Part shown: piece by piece, positions 42,447 through 50,272 of the stretch
Layout of the letters: every line of letters begins with the position of its first letter
Position numbering within the stretch: position 1 is the first letter of the stretch
From: Candidatus Omnitrophota bacterium
GTDB taxonomy: Bacteria; Omnitrophota; Gorgyraeia; Gygaellales; Profunditerraquicolaceae
Length of the DNA stretch: 64,000 bases
NCBI GenBank assembly: GCA_028712255.1
Contig: JAQTQJ010000008.1
Span: 7,773 to 71,772 of the forward strand
Direction: 5' to 3'
The notes under the pieces: generated by a model
What the model was told of the DNA's origin: nothing
The model's input: the letters and a program-made list of their open reading frames with translations, nothing else
Database searches by the model: none
Made by a program: the position numbers and the translations under genes

Positions 42447-44953
42447 AGAAAATAATTGTAAAGTGTCAGTTATTAGGAAAATTTTTCAATTTGTCATTCC
42501 TGCCCTCGATTAACACATTCGAGGGTAGGCTCCAGCGGGAATCTATAAAGAGATCCCCGATAAAGGCACTCGGGGATGACGGCGCATCCCCGTTCACTGG
42601 CTGGTTGCGAATAATTATTTATCTATTTATTTTTATTTTGTTTTTTAACGCCGTCAGCTTTGCTTATGAGGGCTCCAAGGAAACTGAATTGCTTTTTATG
42701 GCAAAAAAAGCTTATGAAGATGGGTTTTATGAAGTGAGCCTCGGTATGCTGGAAAGATTTCGGAATGATTTTAGTGGTTCAACTCAATTAAAACAGGCTC
42801 GCCTTTTAAGCGGACAATGTTATTTTCAGCAGGGCAGATATTTGGAGGCATTGAATATTTTTGAAGAATTACTCAATGATCCACAATGCGCCTCTTTTAA
42901 GGATGCTATTTATTTTTGGATGGCGGAGGTGCATTTTAAAGGCAATAATTTTGATAATGCTGCCTTGCTTTATCATAAACTAATAAATGAGTTTCCTCTT
43001 TCATCGTATACGGCTTCAGCCTACTATTCATTAGGTTGGTCGCTTTCCCAAACGGGAAAATATGACCAGGCACTGCAGGTTTTTATGAGTTTACTAGAGA
43101 AATTTCCAACTGAGCCACAGAGTAAAGATGCTGCTTTTAAATTAATTGAGTGTTTGTATAACCTTAAAAAATATGCAGAATTAGAGAATAAGGTGAAGTC
43201 TGTCCTTAGGCTTTACAATAATGATAGATTGCGGCTGCCCTACCTATATTTTTATTTGGCAGAGTCGCAATTTTACTTGGATAATTTCAATGAAGCAGTT
43301 AAGAACTACCTTAAATCAGTGCAGGCTTTTAAAGAGCAGAAGGCGCAGGTATTGGCAAAGTTAGGGCTTGGTTGGTCGTATCTTAAGCTTGCTAAATATA
43401 AAGAAGCCGAAGAGGTATTTGGGGATATTAAATATGGTAGTCTGGATAAAAAAAGCCTTGATATTTTTATATTGGGCCAGGCAGTATTAATGAATCAGAC
43501 TAATCGCGTTTATGAGGCTAAGAAACTTTATGAACAGCTTATTAATATAAGCAGCGATCCTTTGATGTGTATGCAGGCTTATTTAGGTAAAGCGGATGCG
43601 CTCTATAACCTAGCGGAATATAATCATGCCGCGGATGTTTATAAAGAAGGATTGGATAAGATTGACAGCTCTGTGGTGCCAGATGAGTTAACGAGTAGAT
43701 TGCGGTATAATTTAGCTTTAGCTTATATAAAAGGAGGGCAGTTTTCTTCAGGTATAGGCATATTTGATGATCTTATGGAAAAAAGTAAAGACCAGGCTGT
43801 TAATATCAAGATGCTTTTTCAGGTGGGCGACGCTTATAAGGATGAGGGTGAATTAGTAAAAGCCGAAGAAACCTATACGAAGATTCTAAAAAAATACCCT
43901 ACTGTAGCTTATGCAGATTATGCGCAATATCAAATTGGAGCTTTAAAGTTAAAAAGAGGCGATTATGATGGAGCAGTTATGATTTTTGAGTCCTTTTTAA
44001 AAAATTATCCTCAATCGAATTTTCTGGCGGATACGTTTTATTCGTTAGGTACAGCTTATTTTCAAAAAGCAGATTACAAAAATAGTCTCGAAATCTTTTC
44101 TAAGTTTCAGGGACAGTTCAAAGACAACGCTTTAGCCTCCCAAGCCTTATATATGCTTGGAAATTCGCTCCTTAATTTAGGAAAAATCAATGAGGCGCTT
44201 TCTATTTTTAAAGATACACTTAAGTTAGCTTCGCAGGATATTGAATTACGCCAGAAGGCTGAATATGAAATTGCCGATTGTTATTATAAGCTAGGGCAGG
44301 TAAATGAAGCCCTCAAGAGTTTTAAACTTTTACGTACTAAGTATCCGGATTCAAAACTTCTTCCTGATATTATGTGGTGGCTTGGCCAGTATTATTATCG
44401 TTGTGGTGATTTAGTTCTTGCGCAGAGATACTTCAATTCTTTAATAAAAGATTTTTCAGATAGCCGACTAGTTGCGGATGTGTTTTATGCTATGGGCCTG
44501 ATTTTTACTGCTGAGAATAAATTTGAACAGGCAGCTGAAAGTTTTAAAAAAGTACTTGAATTAGGTAGCGTTGATTTGAGAGCTCAAGCTCAAGTAGCAT
44601 TAGCAAAGGCATATTATAAGCTCCAGGATTATGAAAAAGCAAAGCTATATTACAGTAAAAGCCTTGAGGAGACAGATGTTTTGGATGCAGCTGATATTCA
44701 CTTTAATTTAGCTGAAGTATTTGAAAGTAATTTAGAGTTTGATGCGGCTATCCAGCAATATATCCTGGCTGCTGATTTAGACAAACAAGATATGCATTCA
44801 TCTGTATTGGCACTTTTGCGCGCAGCTAAACTTTATGAAGATAAAGAGGATTTTAAAGAGGCATTGAAGATATACAAAAGAGTCATTCAGAAGAATACGG
44901 AAGAAGCAAAATTTGCTCAGGAGAGGATTGATTGGATAAATTCAAATCAGTAG
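42443..44953 (+). CDS. large secreted TPR-repeat protein (836 aa)
   Basis: signal-peptide-like IIIYLFIFILFFNAVSFA then >15 TPR-like repeats (AxxYxxLG, ALxxY patterns); annotated start lies inside repeat element copy D so true start uncertain. Confidence 0.7.
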   Translation: MKKIIVKCQLLGKFFNLSFLPSINTFEGRLQRESIKRSPIKALGDDGASPFTGWLRIIIYLFIFILFFNAVSFAYEGSKETELLFMAKKAYEDGFYEVSLGMLERFRNDFSGSTQLKQARLLSGQCYFQQGRYLEALNIFEELLNDPQCASFKDAIYFWMAEVHFKGNNFDNAALLYHKLINEFPLSSYTASAYYSLGWSLSQTGKYDQALQVFMSLLEKFPTEPQSKDAAFKLIECLYNLKKYAELENKVKSVLRLYNNDRLRLPYLYFYLAESQFYLDNFNEAVKNYLKSVQAFKEQKAQVLAKLGLGWSYLKLAKYKEAEEVFGDIKYGSLDKKSLDIFILGQAVLMNQTNRVYEAKKLYEQLINISSDPLMCMQAYLGKADALYNLAEYNHAADVYKEGLDKIDSSVVPDELTSRLRYNLALAYIKGGQFSSGIGIFDDLMEKSKDQAVNIKMLFQVGDAYKDEGELVKAEETYTKILKKYPTVAYADYAQYQIGALKLKRGDYDGAVMIFESFLKNYPQSNFLADTFYSLGTAYFQKADYKNSLEIFSKFQGQFKDNALASQALYMLGNSLLNLGKINEALSIFKDTLKLASQDIELRQKAEYEIADCYYKLGQVNEALKSFKLLRTKYPDSKLLPDIMWWLGQYYYRCGDLVLAQRYFNSLIKDFSDSRLVADVFYAMGLIFTAENKFEQAAESFKKVLELGSVDLRAQAQVALAKAYYKLQDYEKAKLYYSKSLEETDVLDAADIHFNLAEVFESNLEFDAAIQQYILAADLDKQDMHSSVLALLRAAKLYEDKEDFKEALKIYKRVIQKNTEEAKFAQERIDWINSNQ
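42492..42581. repeat. GC-rich MITE-like element family ii copy D (divergent)
   Basis: GTCATTCC..CCCTCGAttaacacatTCGAGGG..GGGAATCTataaagAGATCCCC..GGGGATGACG; overlaps 5' end of TPR gene. Confidence 0.65.
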
Positions 44954-45062
44954 GTCCCGCTGCGTAACATGTGCCAAAATTCTCTTCGATAATTTTGGCA
45001 CACTCCGCGGGACTAATTCGCGCATTGACTTACTCACACTTACGTGTTCGTAAGTCAAGCGC
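44954..45062. promoter_or_regulatory. two stacked palindromes after TPR gene: GTCCCGC..TGTGCCAAAATT..AATTTTGGCACA..GCGGGAC (terminator-like) and GCGCATTGACTTAC..GTAAGTCAAGCGC (operator-like)
   Basis: seen in sequence; second palindrome sits directly upstream of a sigma70-like promoter. Confidence 0.5.
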
Positions 45063-45076
45063 TCATTAAAAAATAG

Positions 45077-45104
45077 TTGACTTATTACTGATTGTTTATA
45101 GAAT
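45077..45104 (+). promoter_or_regulatory. putative sigma70-type promoter TTGACT-N16-TAGAAT for the pilus locus
   Basis: consensus-like hexamers about 20 nt upstream of RBS AAGGGAGG of the first gene. Confidence 0.4.
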
Positions 45105-45124
45105 AAACAATTAAGGGAGGCAAT

Positions 45125-45331
45125 ATGATTATTGAAATCGGTATAGTTGCTGGTGAGATTTGGCATTACCTGGACCAAAAGGGAGAGGTTAGTTTAACTG
45201 AGCTGAGCAAGAATATTGATCGTACAAAAGAGAATATTTTAATGAGTTTAGGCTGGCTTGCTCGGGAAGGACATGTCATTTTAGTGAAAACAAATAATGA
45301 CTACCGGATTTCTTTAAGGAAAGATGTCTAA
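45125..45331 (+). CDS. small winged-helix DNA-binding protein (DUF2582-like)
   Basis: 68 aa; IG..AGEIWHYL ... LSLGWLAREGHV pattern matches DUF2582 wHTH family as remembered. Confidence 0.55.
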   Translation: MIIEIGIVAGEIWHYLDQKGEVSLTELSKNIDRTKENILMSLGWLAREGHVILVKTNNDYRISLRKDV

Positions 45332-45752
45332 TTCTATAGGGATAAGTCTTCCTATACCTTTTCAGAAGGAGCCTAATTGTACTAAAAAAGGGATAATTCT
45401 TTTAATCGTTCTAGGGGTAATTCTTTTGGTGGTGACCCTAACTACTGTTATCTTAAGAATTATCTCTAACCAGTCACGTTTAACCCATCATCAGGTGAGC
45501 CGTATTCAAGCCCAATATGCTGTTAAGGCAGGAGTGATTTATGCTTTGGATAAACTACGCAGGAATGATGACGTAGGATGGCCTGCTAGCGGAGAATATA
45601 TAAAGACTATGTGTAAAACTGGTTGTGATATTAATGAGCCAGATCTGCCTAAATCAATTCAGCGAGTAGATATTACTGTATATAACACTGGGACAGGAAT
45701 TTCTGGCACAAGGAAGATAAGCGCCAAAGCCACCTATACTTACTCACCTTAG
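45324..45752 (+). CDS. PilX_N/GspK-like minor (pseudo)pilin
   Basis: 142 aa; N-terminal hydrophobic helix GIILLIVLGVILLVVTLTTVIL followed by QAQYAVKAGVIYAL (PilX N-terminal domain pattern); no canonical G/FTLIE site. Confidence 0.5.
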   Translation: MSNSIGISLPIPFQKEPNCTKKGIILLIVLGVILLVVTLTTVILRIISNQSRLTHHQVSRIQAQYAVKAGVIYALDKLRRNDDVGWPASGEYIKTMCKTGCDINEPDLPKSIQRVDITVYNTGTGISGTRKISAKATYTYSP

Positions 45753-45972
45753 CAGTTTATTTAATAAGATATTATAATCTAAGTAAGTTTATTATAATGG
45801 CGTATGCAAAGGCATACTCCATTATTCGTCGCTGTTAACTAATGCAAGTAAGTATAAGTAAGTATATATAAAAAAATACTTGACAAGATAAGTGGATTAT
45901 GTTTTAATTAAAACCATAGTACTTTATAGTTAAGCTACTGTGTATGCCTGATAGAGAGGAAAACTGGTATTC

Positions 45973-46164
45973 ATGTCAAGACTGATAGATATTGATGAAT
46001 TAGCAGATTATTTAAAATTAAAGAAACAAACTATCTATAATTGGCTTAATCAGCGTAAGATCTCAGGGATTAAGGTGGGAGGTGTCTGGAGATTTGACCG
46101 TAAGGATATTGATAATTGGCTAAGGTCTAAGAAACGTGAGAGTACTTCGGGAGATGGACAATGA
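45973..46164 (+). CDS. excisionase-family HTH (HTH_17) DNA-binding protein
   Basis: 63 aa; LADYLKLKKQTIYNWLNQRKISGIKVGGVWRFDRKDIDNWL; same family as the Xis-like ORF at 62608 (about 40% identity by eye). Confidence 0.65.
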   Translation: MSRLIDIDELADYLKLKKQTIYNWLNQRKISGIKVGGVWRFDRKDIDNWLRSKKRESTSGDGQ

Positions 46165-47708
46165 ATTCTTTAGGTATATATTTTGGAATTAAAGATATCT
46201 GCCTGGTAGAAACCAGCGGAAAAAAGATTGTAAATAACATCCGCCTGCCGCATCCTAATTTAGCGATGGCAGAATTAGAAGAAAAAGTCCCATCGGATAT
46301 AAAACTAATGGCTATGCTCAAAGATGCTTTTCGGACTTACCATGTAAGTGCCGAAGAAGCTTTCTTTTGCCTTTCCGGGCAGGATTTAGTTATTCGTACT
46401 TTTGAAATTCCGCTTCTTCCTCAGAGCGAATTAAAAGGGGCGGTTAATTTTGAGGCAAAGAAATATATACCTTTCAAACTTGAGGAACTGGATTATGATT
46501 TTCAGGTTCTGTTTAACAAGAAAGATAAAACAAGCTTAGTGCTTTTTGTCGGCATCAAGAAGGAAATTTTGGCAAATTATGTTTCTATTGCCAAGCAGCT
46601 TAACCTTAAAGTTAGTATGCTTGAGTACTCGGCTTTTAGTATTTTACGGTTTTTAAAGCTATCCGGCCTAAAAGAAACAGGCATAGTTGCAATTCTTTGT
46701 TTTGATTTAAATAACGAAGATGAGTCAAATTTCACTGTTTTTGAAAACGGTTTTTCTTTATTTAGCCGTGATTTTGTTCTAACTGGAGAGCCTGCGGGAT
46801 TTGAGCAAACTGTTGAAGCGGATTCTATTGCTAAGCAGGAGAAATTAAAAAATGAAATCCGTGTTTCTCTTGATTACTATAACCGTAAATTTCCGGGAAA
46901 AAATATTAAGACTATTTTTGTTATCTCAGATAAGAATAGCTCTACAGAGGTAAATTCTTTTTTTACGGAATCTGCTATACCGGTAAAGTTTGTAGAAACT
47001 CAAAAAGTTTTTGGTAAAGACGTTGAGTATTCTTCGATACTTGCTAAAAGTTTTTCTGCTGCTTTATTTAGGTCTGTGCCTCTTAAAACAAAAATTAATT
47101 TGATTGGAGCTAGGCTTAAAGCAACTAAGGAAGCTGCAGAGGGATGGAAAACAGCTGGTTTATTAGAGGGTATAAAACTTGACTTAAAATTTATTATTTT
47201 AGGTATTTTTTTGTGCGCGGCTGTTTTTGGGTATGGATTAATGCGTAAGAAGCCTATTCAGGAAAAATTGGCTGAAATTAGGAGCCAGCGCATAAAAATC
47301 AGCTTTATGCCTGCTGATGACAGTTTTGATAGCTTAACCGCGTTAAGTGGAAAATATAGAAAAAAAATCATTACCTTAGGAAACTTAATAAAAAATCAAA
47401 AGTATGTTACTTACCCGCTTGATGCGATCCCGGCAGCTTTACCTAAAGGGGTATGGTTAGATAGTTTCAGTTTTAACCAAAAAAAGGACCTTACGGCAGA
47501 GCTTACGCTTAGTGGAAAGGTTTATCTTGATAATACTGACCAGGAATTTGATTCGGTAAACATTTTTCTTACAAACTTGAAAAAAGAACCTTTGTTTTCC
47601 AAATATTTTAAAGAAATTTCAATAAGTTCTATTGATCAAAAACTGATAAATAATAAAACCGTAACGGTATTTAAGATAATTTGCCGTAGTCTTCCGGAGA
47701 AAAAATAG
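46161..47708 (+). CDS. pilM: type IV pilus assembly protein PilM fused to PilN-like domain
   Basis: 515 aa: N-terminal ~340 aa actin-like PilM (starts GIYFGIKDICLVETS), single TM (FIILGIFLCAAVFGYGLM), then ~170-aa periplasmic PilN-like region; followed by pilO-pilP-pilQ. Confidence 0.75.
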   Translation: MNSLGIYFGIKDICLVETSGKKIVNNIRLPHPNLAMAELEEKVPSDIKLMAMLKDAFRTYHVSAEEAFFCLSGQDLVIRTFEIPLLPQSELKGAVNFEAKKYIPFKLEELDYDFQVLFNKKDKTSLVLFVGIKKEILANYVSIAKQLNLKVSMLEYSAFSILRFLKLSGLKETGIVAILCFDLNNEDESNFTVFENGFSLFSRDFVLTGEPAGFEQTVEADSIAKQEKLKNEIRVSLDYYNRKFPGKNIKTIFVISDKNSSTEVNSFFTESAIPVKFVETQKVFGKDVEYSSILAKSFSAALFRSVPLKTKINLIGARLKATKEAAEGWKTAGLLEGIKLDLKFIILGIFLCAAVFGYGLMRKKPIQEKLAEIRSQRIKISFMPADDSFDSLTALSGKYRKKIITLGNLIKNQKYVTYPLDAIPAALPKGVWLDSFSFNQKKDLTAELTLSGKVYLDNTDQEFDSVNIFLTNLKKEPLFSKYFKEISISSIDQKLINNKTVTVFKIICRSLPEKK

Positions 47709-47709
47709 A

Positions 47710-48237
47710 ATGGCAAAATCAGGAGTATTGGAAAAAAATAAAAATAAGATTTTGAATTTAGGCGTAGTTCTTTTGGCATTATTTATCGCCTTTCAGATTT
47801 ATAGGTCTGGTGATGAAAAGGCTAATTCCTTGGTTCAGGAGAAAGATAATGAAGTTAAGAAAAATATGCTTATGGAAGAGATATCGGGACTGGAAAAGAA
47901 AATGGATGGATATAAGAAGGTTTTTGTAAAAAAAGATATAGGTTCAGTTATGGATTCAATTTCAGCCATAGCTAAGAATTGTTCGGTGAAGGTTGTTTCT
48001 ATAAAGCCTAGCTCTGAAGAGTCGTTTGCCTCCTACATAAAGACATCATTTTTGTTGACGATTTCTGCCCCTAATTATCATTCCTTAGGTGATTTTATCA
48101 GTCAAGTTGAGAGTTATAAGGATATTTATATAGTTGATGAAGTAAGTGTAGCTTTAGCGGAATCTAATCGACCAGAAGAAGTTGTTACTGAAAATTTAAA
48201 CGTTAATTTGAAAATCAGCACTATCGCTTACTTATAA
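47710..48237 (+). CDS. pilO: type IV pilus assembly protein PilO
   Basis: 175 aa; N-terminal TM, coiled coil, C-terminal ferredoxin-like domain; position between pilM/N and pilP. Confidence 0.65.
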   Translation: MAKSGVLEKNKNKILNLGVVLLALFIAFQIYRSGDEKANSLVQEKDNEVKKNMLMEEISGLEKKMDGYKKVFVKKDIGSVMDSISAIAKNCSVKVVSIKPSSEESFASYIKTSFLLTISAPNYHSLGDFISQVESYKDIYIVDEVSVALAESNRPEEVVTENLNVNLKISTIAYL

Positions 48238-48240
48238 ATA

Positions 48241-48684
48241 ATGAAAAGAACTCTTAGTTTTATGTTATTTTTAACTATTTTATCTGGCGGAATAAATTTA
48301 GCTGGTTTTGTTTTGGCTCAAGAAGGTGCTTCGGATGTGATAACTGAACGTCCGCAAATCAAATATAAATCTGGAAAACTTCGTGACCCGTTTTCTACAT
48401 ACTTAGTTAAAGAAGAGAAAAAAGAGGTGTCTTTACAGCCAGGAGAGGGTCAGTTAATTGCGCCTACTATTGATCTTAATTCTTTGAAAGTACAAGGAAT
48501 AATCTGGGGAGGGAAGATGCCTCAGGCCATTATTAATGGTGAGGTTTTATCTGTAGGTGATGTTGTAAATGGGGCTAAGATCCTTAGTATAGATAAAAAA
48601 GGAATTAATTTAGATTTTTCTGGTGAGGTTATTAATCTATCTGCTTCTGGTCAAAATCCTGAAGCCAGGCAAAACGAAAAATAA
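48241..48684 (+). CDS. pilP: type IV pilus assembly protein PilP
   Basis: 147 aa; signal peptide, C-terminal beta domain GIIWGGKMPQAIINGEVLSVGDVVNGAKILSIDKKGINL matching PilP pattern. Confidence 0.65.
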   Translation: MKRTLSFMLFLTILSGGINLAGFVLAQEGASDVITERPQIKYKSGKLRDPFSTYLVKEEKKEVSLQPGEGQLIAPTIDLNSLKVQGIIWGGKMPQAIINGEVLSVGDVVNGAKILSIDKKGINLDFSGEVINLSASGQNPEARQNEK

Positions 48685-48726
48685 TGTTCTTTTTTAATGT
48701 CATAAAGTTATCTTAAGGAGGATCAA

Positions 48727-50262
48727 ATGAAGAAAGTATTTTTAATGATGGTCGGTGTCATTTTTTTAATGTTTGTTTTTTTTAACATGCGGTTAAACGC
48801 ACAAGCAGAACCGGATATTTCCTCAAGTGAGGTTACGATCTCCATGGATTTTAAAGACGCCAGCCTCAAGGATATCCTAAAAGTATTTTCTATGCAGTCA
48901 GGGCTGAATTTTATTGCTTCTGAAGCGGTGCAGGATAGAAAGGTTACTCTTTATCTTGATAAGGTACCGTTGAGCCAGGCAATGGATAAAATTTTTAGCG
49001 CAAATAATCTTTCCTATGATTTGGATAATAAGTCCAGTATTATTGTAGTTAAAGAATGGGGTAAAATGGGAACGGAAACAGTGACAAAAGTATTTTATTT
49101 GAAAAATGCCACTGTATCAATCTCATCATTAAAATCTGAATTATCCAAAGATGTGCTCAAACCTGGATCATCTGAAACCTCAAGTTCTCAGGCTGTTTCC
49201 AATACTAAATGGAAAGAAGAAAGTGAAGGTGGTATTACTACTGCCATTAAAAAGTTACTTTCTCCTAATGGTTCTTTGATAGAAGATTTTCGCACTAATA
49301 GCCTTATTGTTACTGATACCCCCATGAAAATTAAGGTAATTAACCAGGTTATCGCGTCTTTAGATGTATCAATACCTCAAGTTATGCTTGAGGTAGAAAT
49401 GCTTGATGTGAGCAAGAATGCAGTTGATAAAATAGGCTTTGAGTTTGGCGATACTCCCTTTACTGCTATTCTTACAGGGGCTACAGCTGCCAGTGGTTTT
49501 CCTTACCATAGTTGGGGAAAATTTACAAATGGAGCTTATGGTACTTTGTCCATTAATCCGGACGCCAATACTTATCAGATGCAGCTTGATTATATTAAAA
49601 CATTAACTGATACGAAATATTTAGCGCGGCCCAAACTTCTTACATTAAATAATGAGACTGCAGAAATTTTTATTACTAAAGACGAGATAGTAGGCAGGAC
49701 AGATACGACAGTGTTTAGCACGGGAGGTTCGCCTACTACTACCAGTGAATATAAAAGATCTACTGATTTGGAGCTTACTAAAGAAGGAACCGGTATTTTT
49801 CTTAGGGTGACTCCACAGATAAATTTGGATACGGGTGAGATTACTATGGTTGTAAATCCAAAATCAAGTGTCTCCAGCATAAGTTCATTAAGTAGCGCAA
49901 CTAATCCGCAATCTGATATTGAAATAAGAAGTACAAAATCTATAGTCAAAGTTAAGGATGGGGAAACAGTGGTTTTAGGCGGATTGATCCATCAGGATAA
50001 GAGCCTTGAAAATAAAAAGCTGCCTATATTAGGTGATATTCCTTTGGTGGGTGCGTTGTTTAGGCATAGATCTCAAACAAAAGATATCGAACGCGAGCTA
50101 ATAGTTTTTATTACCCCCCGCATTGTTAAAGACAAGGTAGATGTTAGCCTTGCTCAAATTCAGAATATCCAGCTTCCGATTAGGGAACAGGGGTCTGCAT
50201 TTGGTTCAGCTAGAGAGCATATTATCGATTCCAGTATGAATAAATTCGATAAGAAGCGTTAA
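48727..50262 (+). CDS. pilQ: type IV pilus secretin PilQ
   Basis: 511 aa; signal peptide, secretin_N (LIVTDTP), C-terminal secretin domain VVLGGLI..LPILGDIPLVGALF. Confidence 0.88.
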   Translation: MKKVFLMMVGVIFLMFVFFNMRLNAQAEPDISSSEVTISMDFKDASLKDILKVFSMQSGLNFIASEAVQDRKVTLYLDKVPLSQAMDKIFSANNLSYDLDNKSSIIVVKEWGKMGTETVTKVFYLKNATVSISSLKSELSKDVLKPGSSETSSSQAVSNTKWKEESEGGITTAIKKLLSPNGSLIEDFRTNSLIVTDTPMKIKVINQVIASLDVSIPQVMLEVEMLDVSKNAVDKIGFEFGDTPFTAILTGATAASGFPYHSWGKFTNGAYGTLSINPDANTYQMQLDYIKTLTDTKYLARPKLLTLNNETAEIFITKDEIVGRTDTTVFSTGGSPTTTSEYKRSTDLELTKEGTGIFLRVTPQINLDTGEITMVVNPKSSVSSISSLSSATNPQSDIEIRSTKSIVKVKDGETVVLGGLIHQDKSLENKKLPILGDIPLVGALFRHRSQTKDIERELIVFITPRIVKDKVDVSLAQIQNIQLPIREQGSAFGSAREHIIDSSMNKFDKKR

Positions 50263-50272
50263 TTAATCAATA

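Noticed and set aside
44942-45178. Minus-strand 78-aa ORF spanning the TPR/pil intergenic palindromes
   Set aside because: Runs through two strong palindromes and a promoter on the opposite strand. Translation is low complexity. Judged a chance ORF.
45324-45752. Calling ORF 45324 a full GspK/PilX
   Set aside because: Only 142 aa and only the N-terminal helix plus the QAQYAxxAG segment resemble PilX_N. Kept as a 'PilX_N-like' minor pseudopilin at low confidence rather than a named gene.
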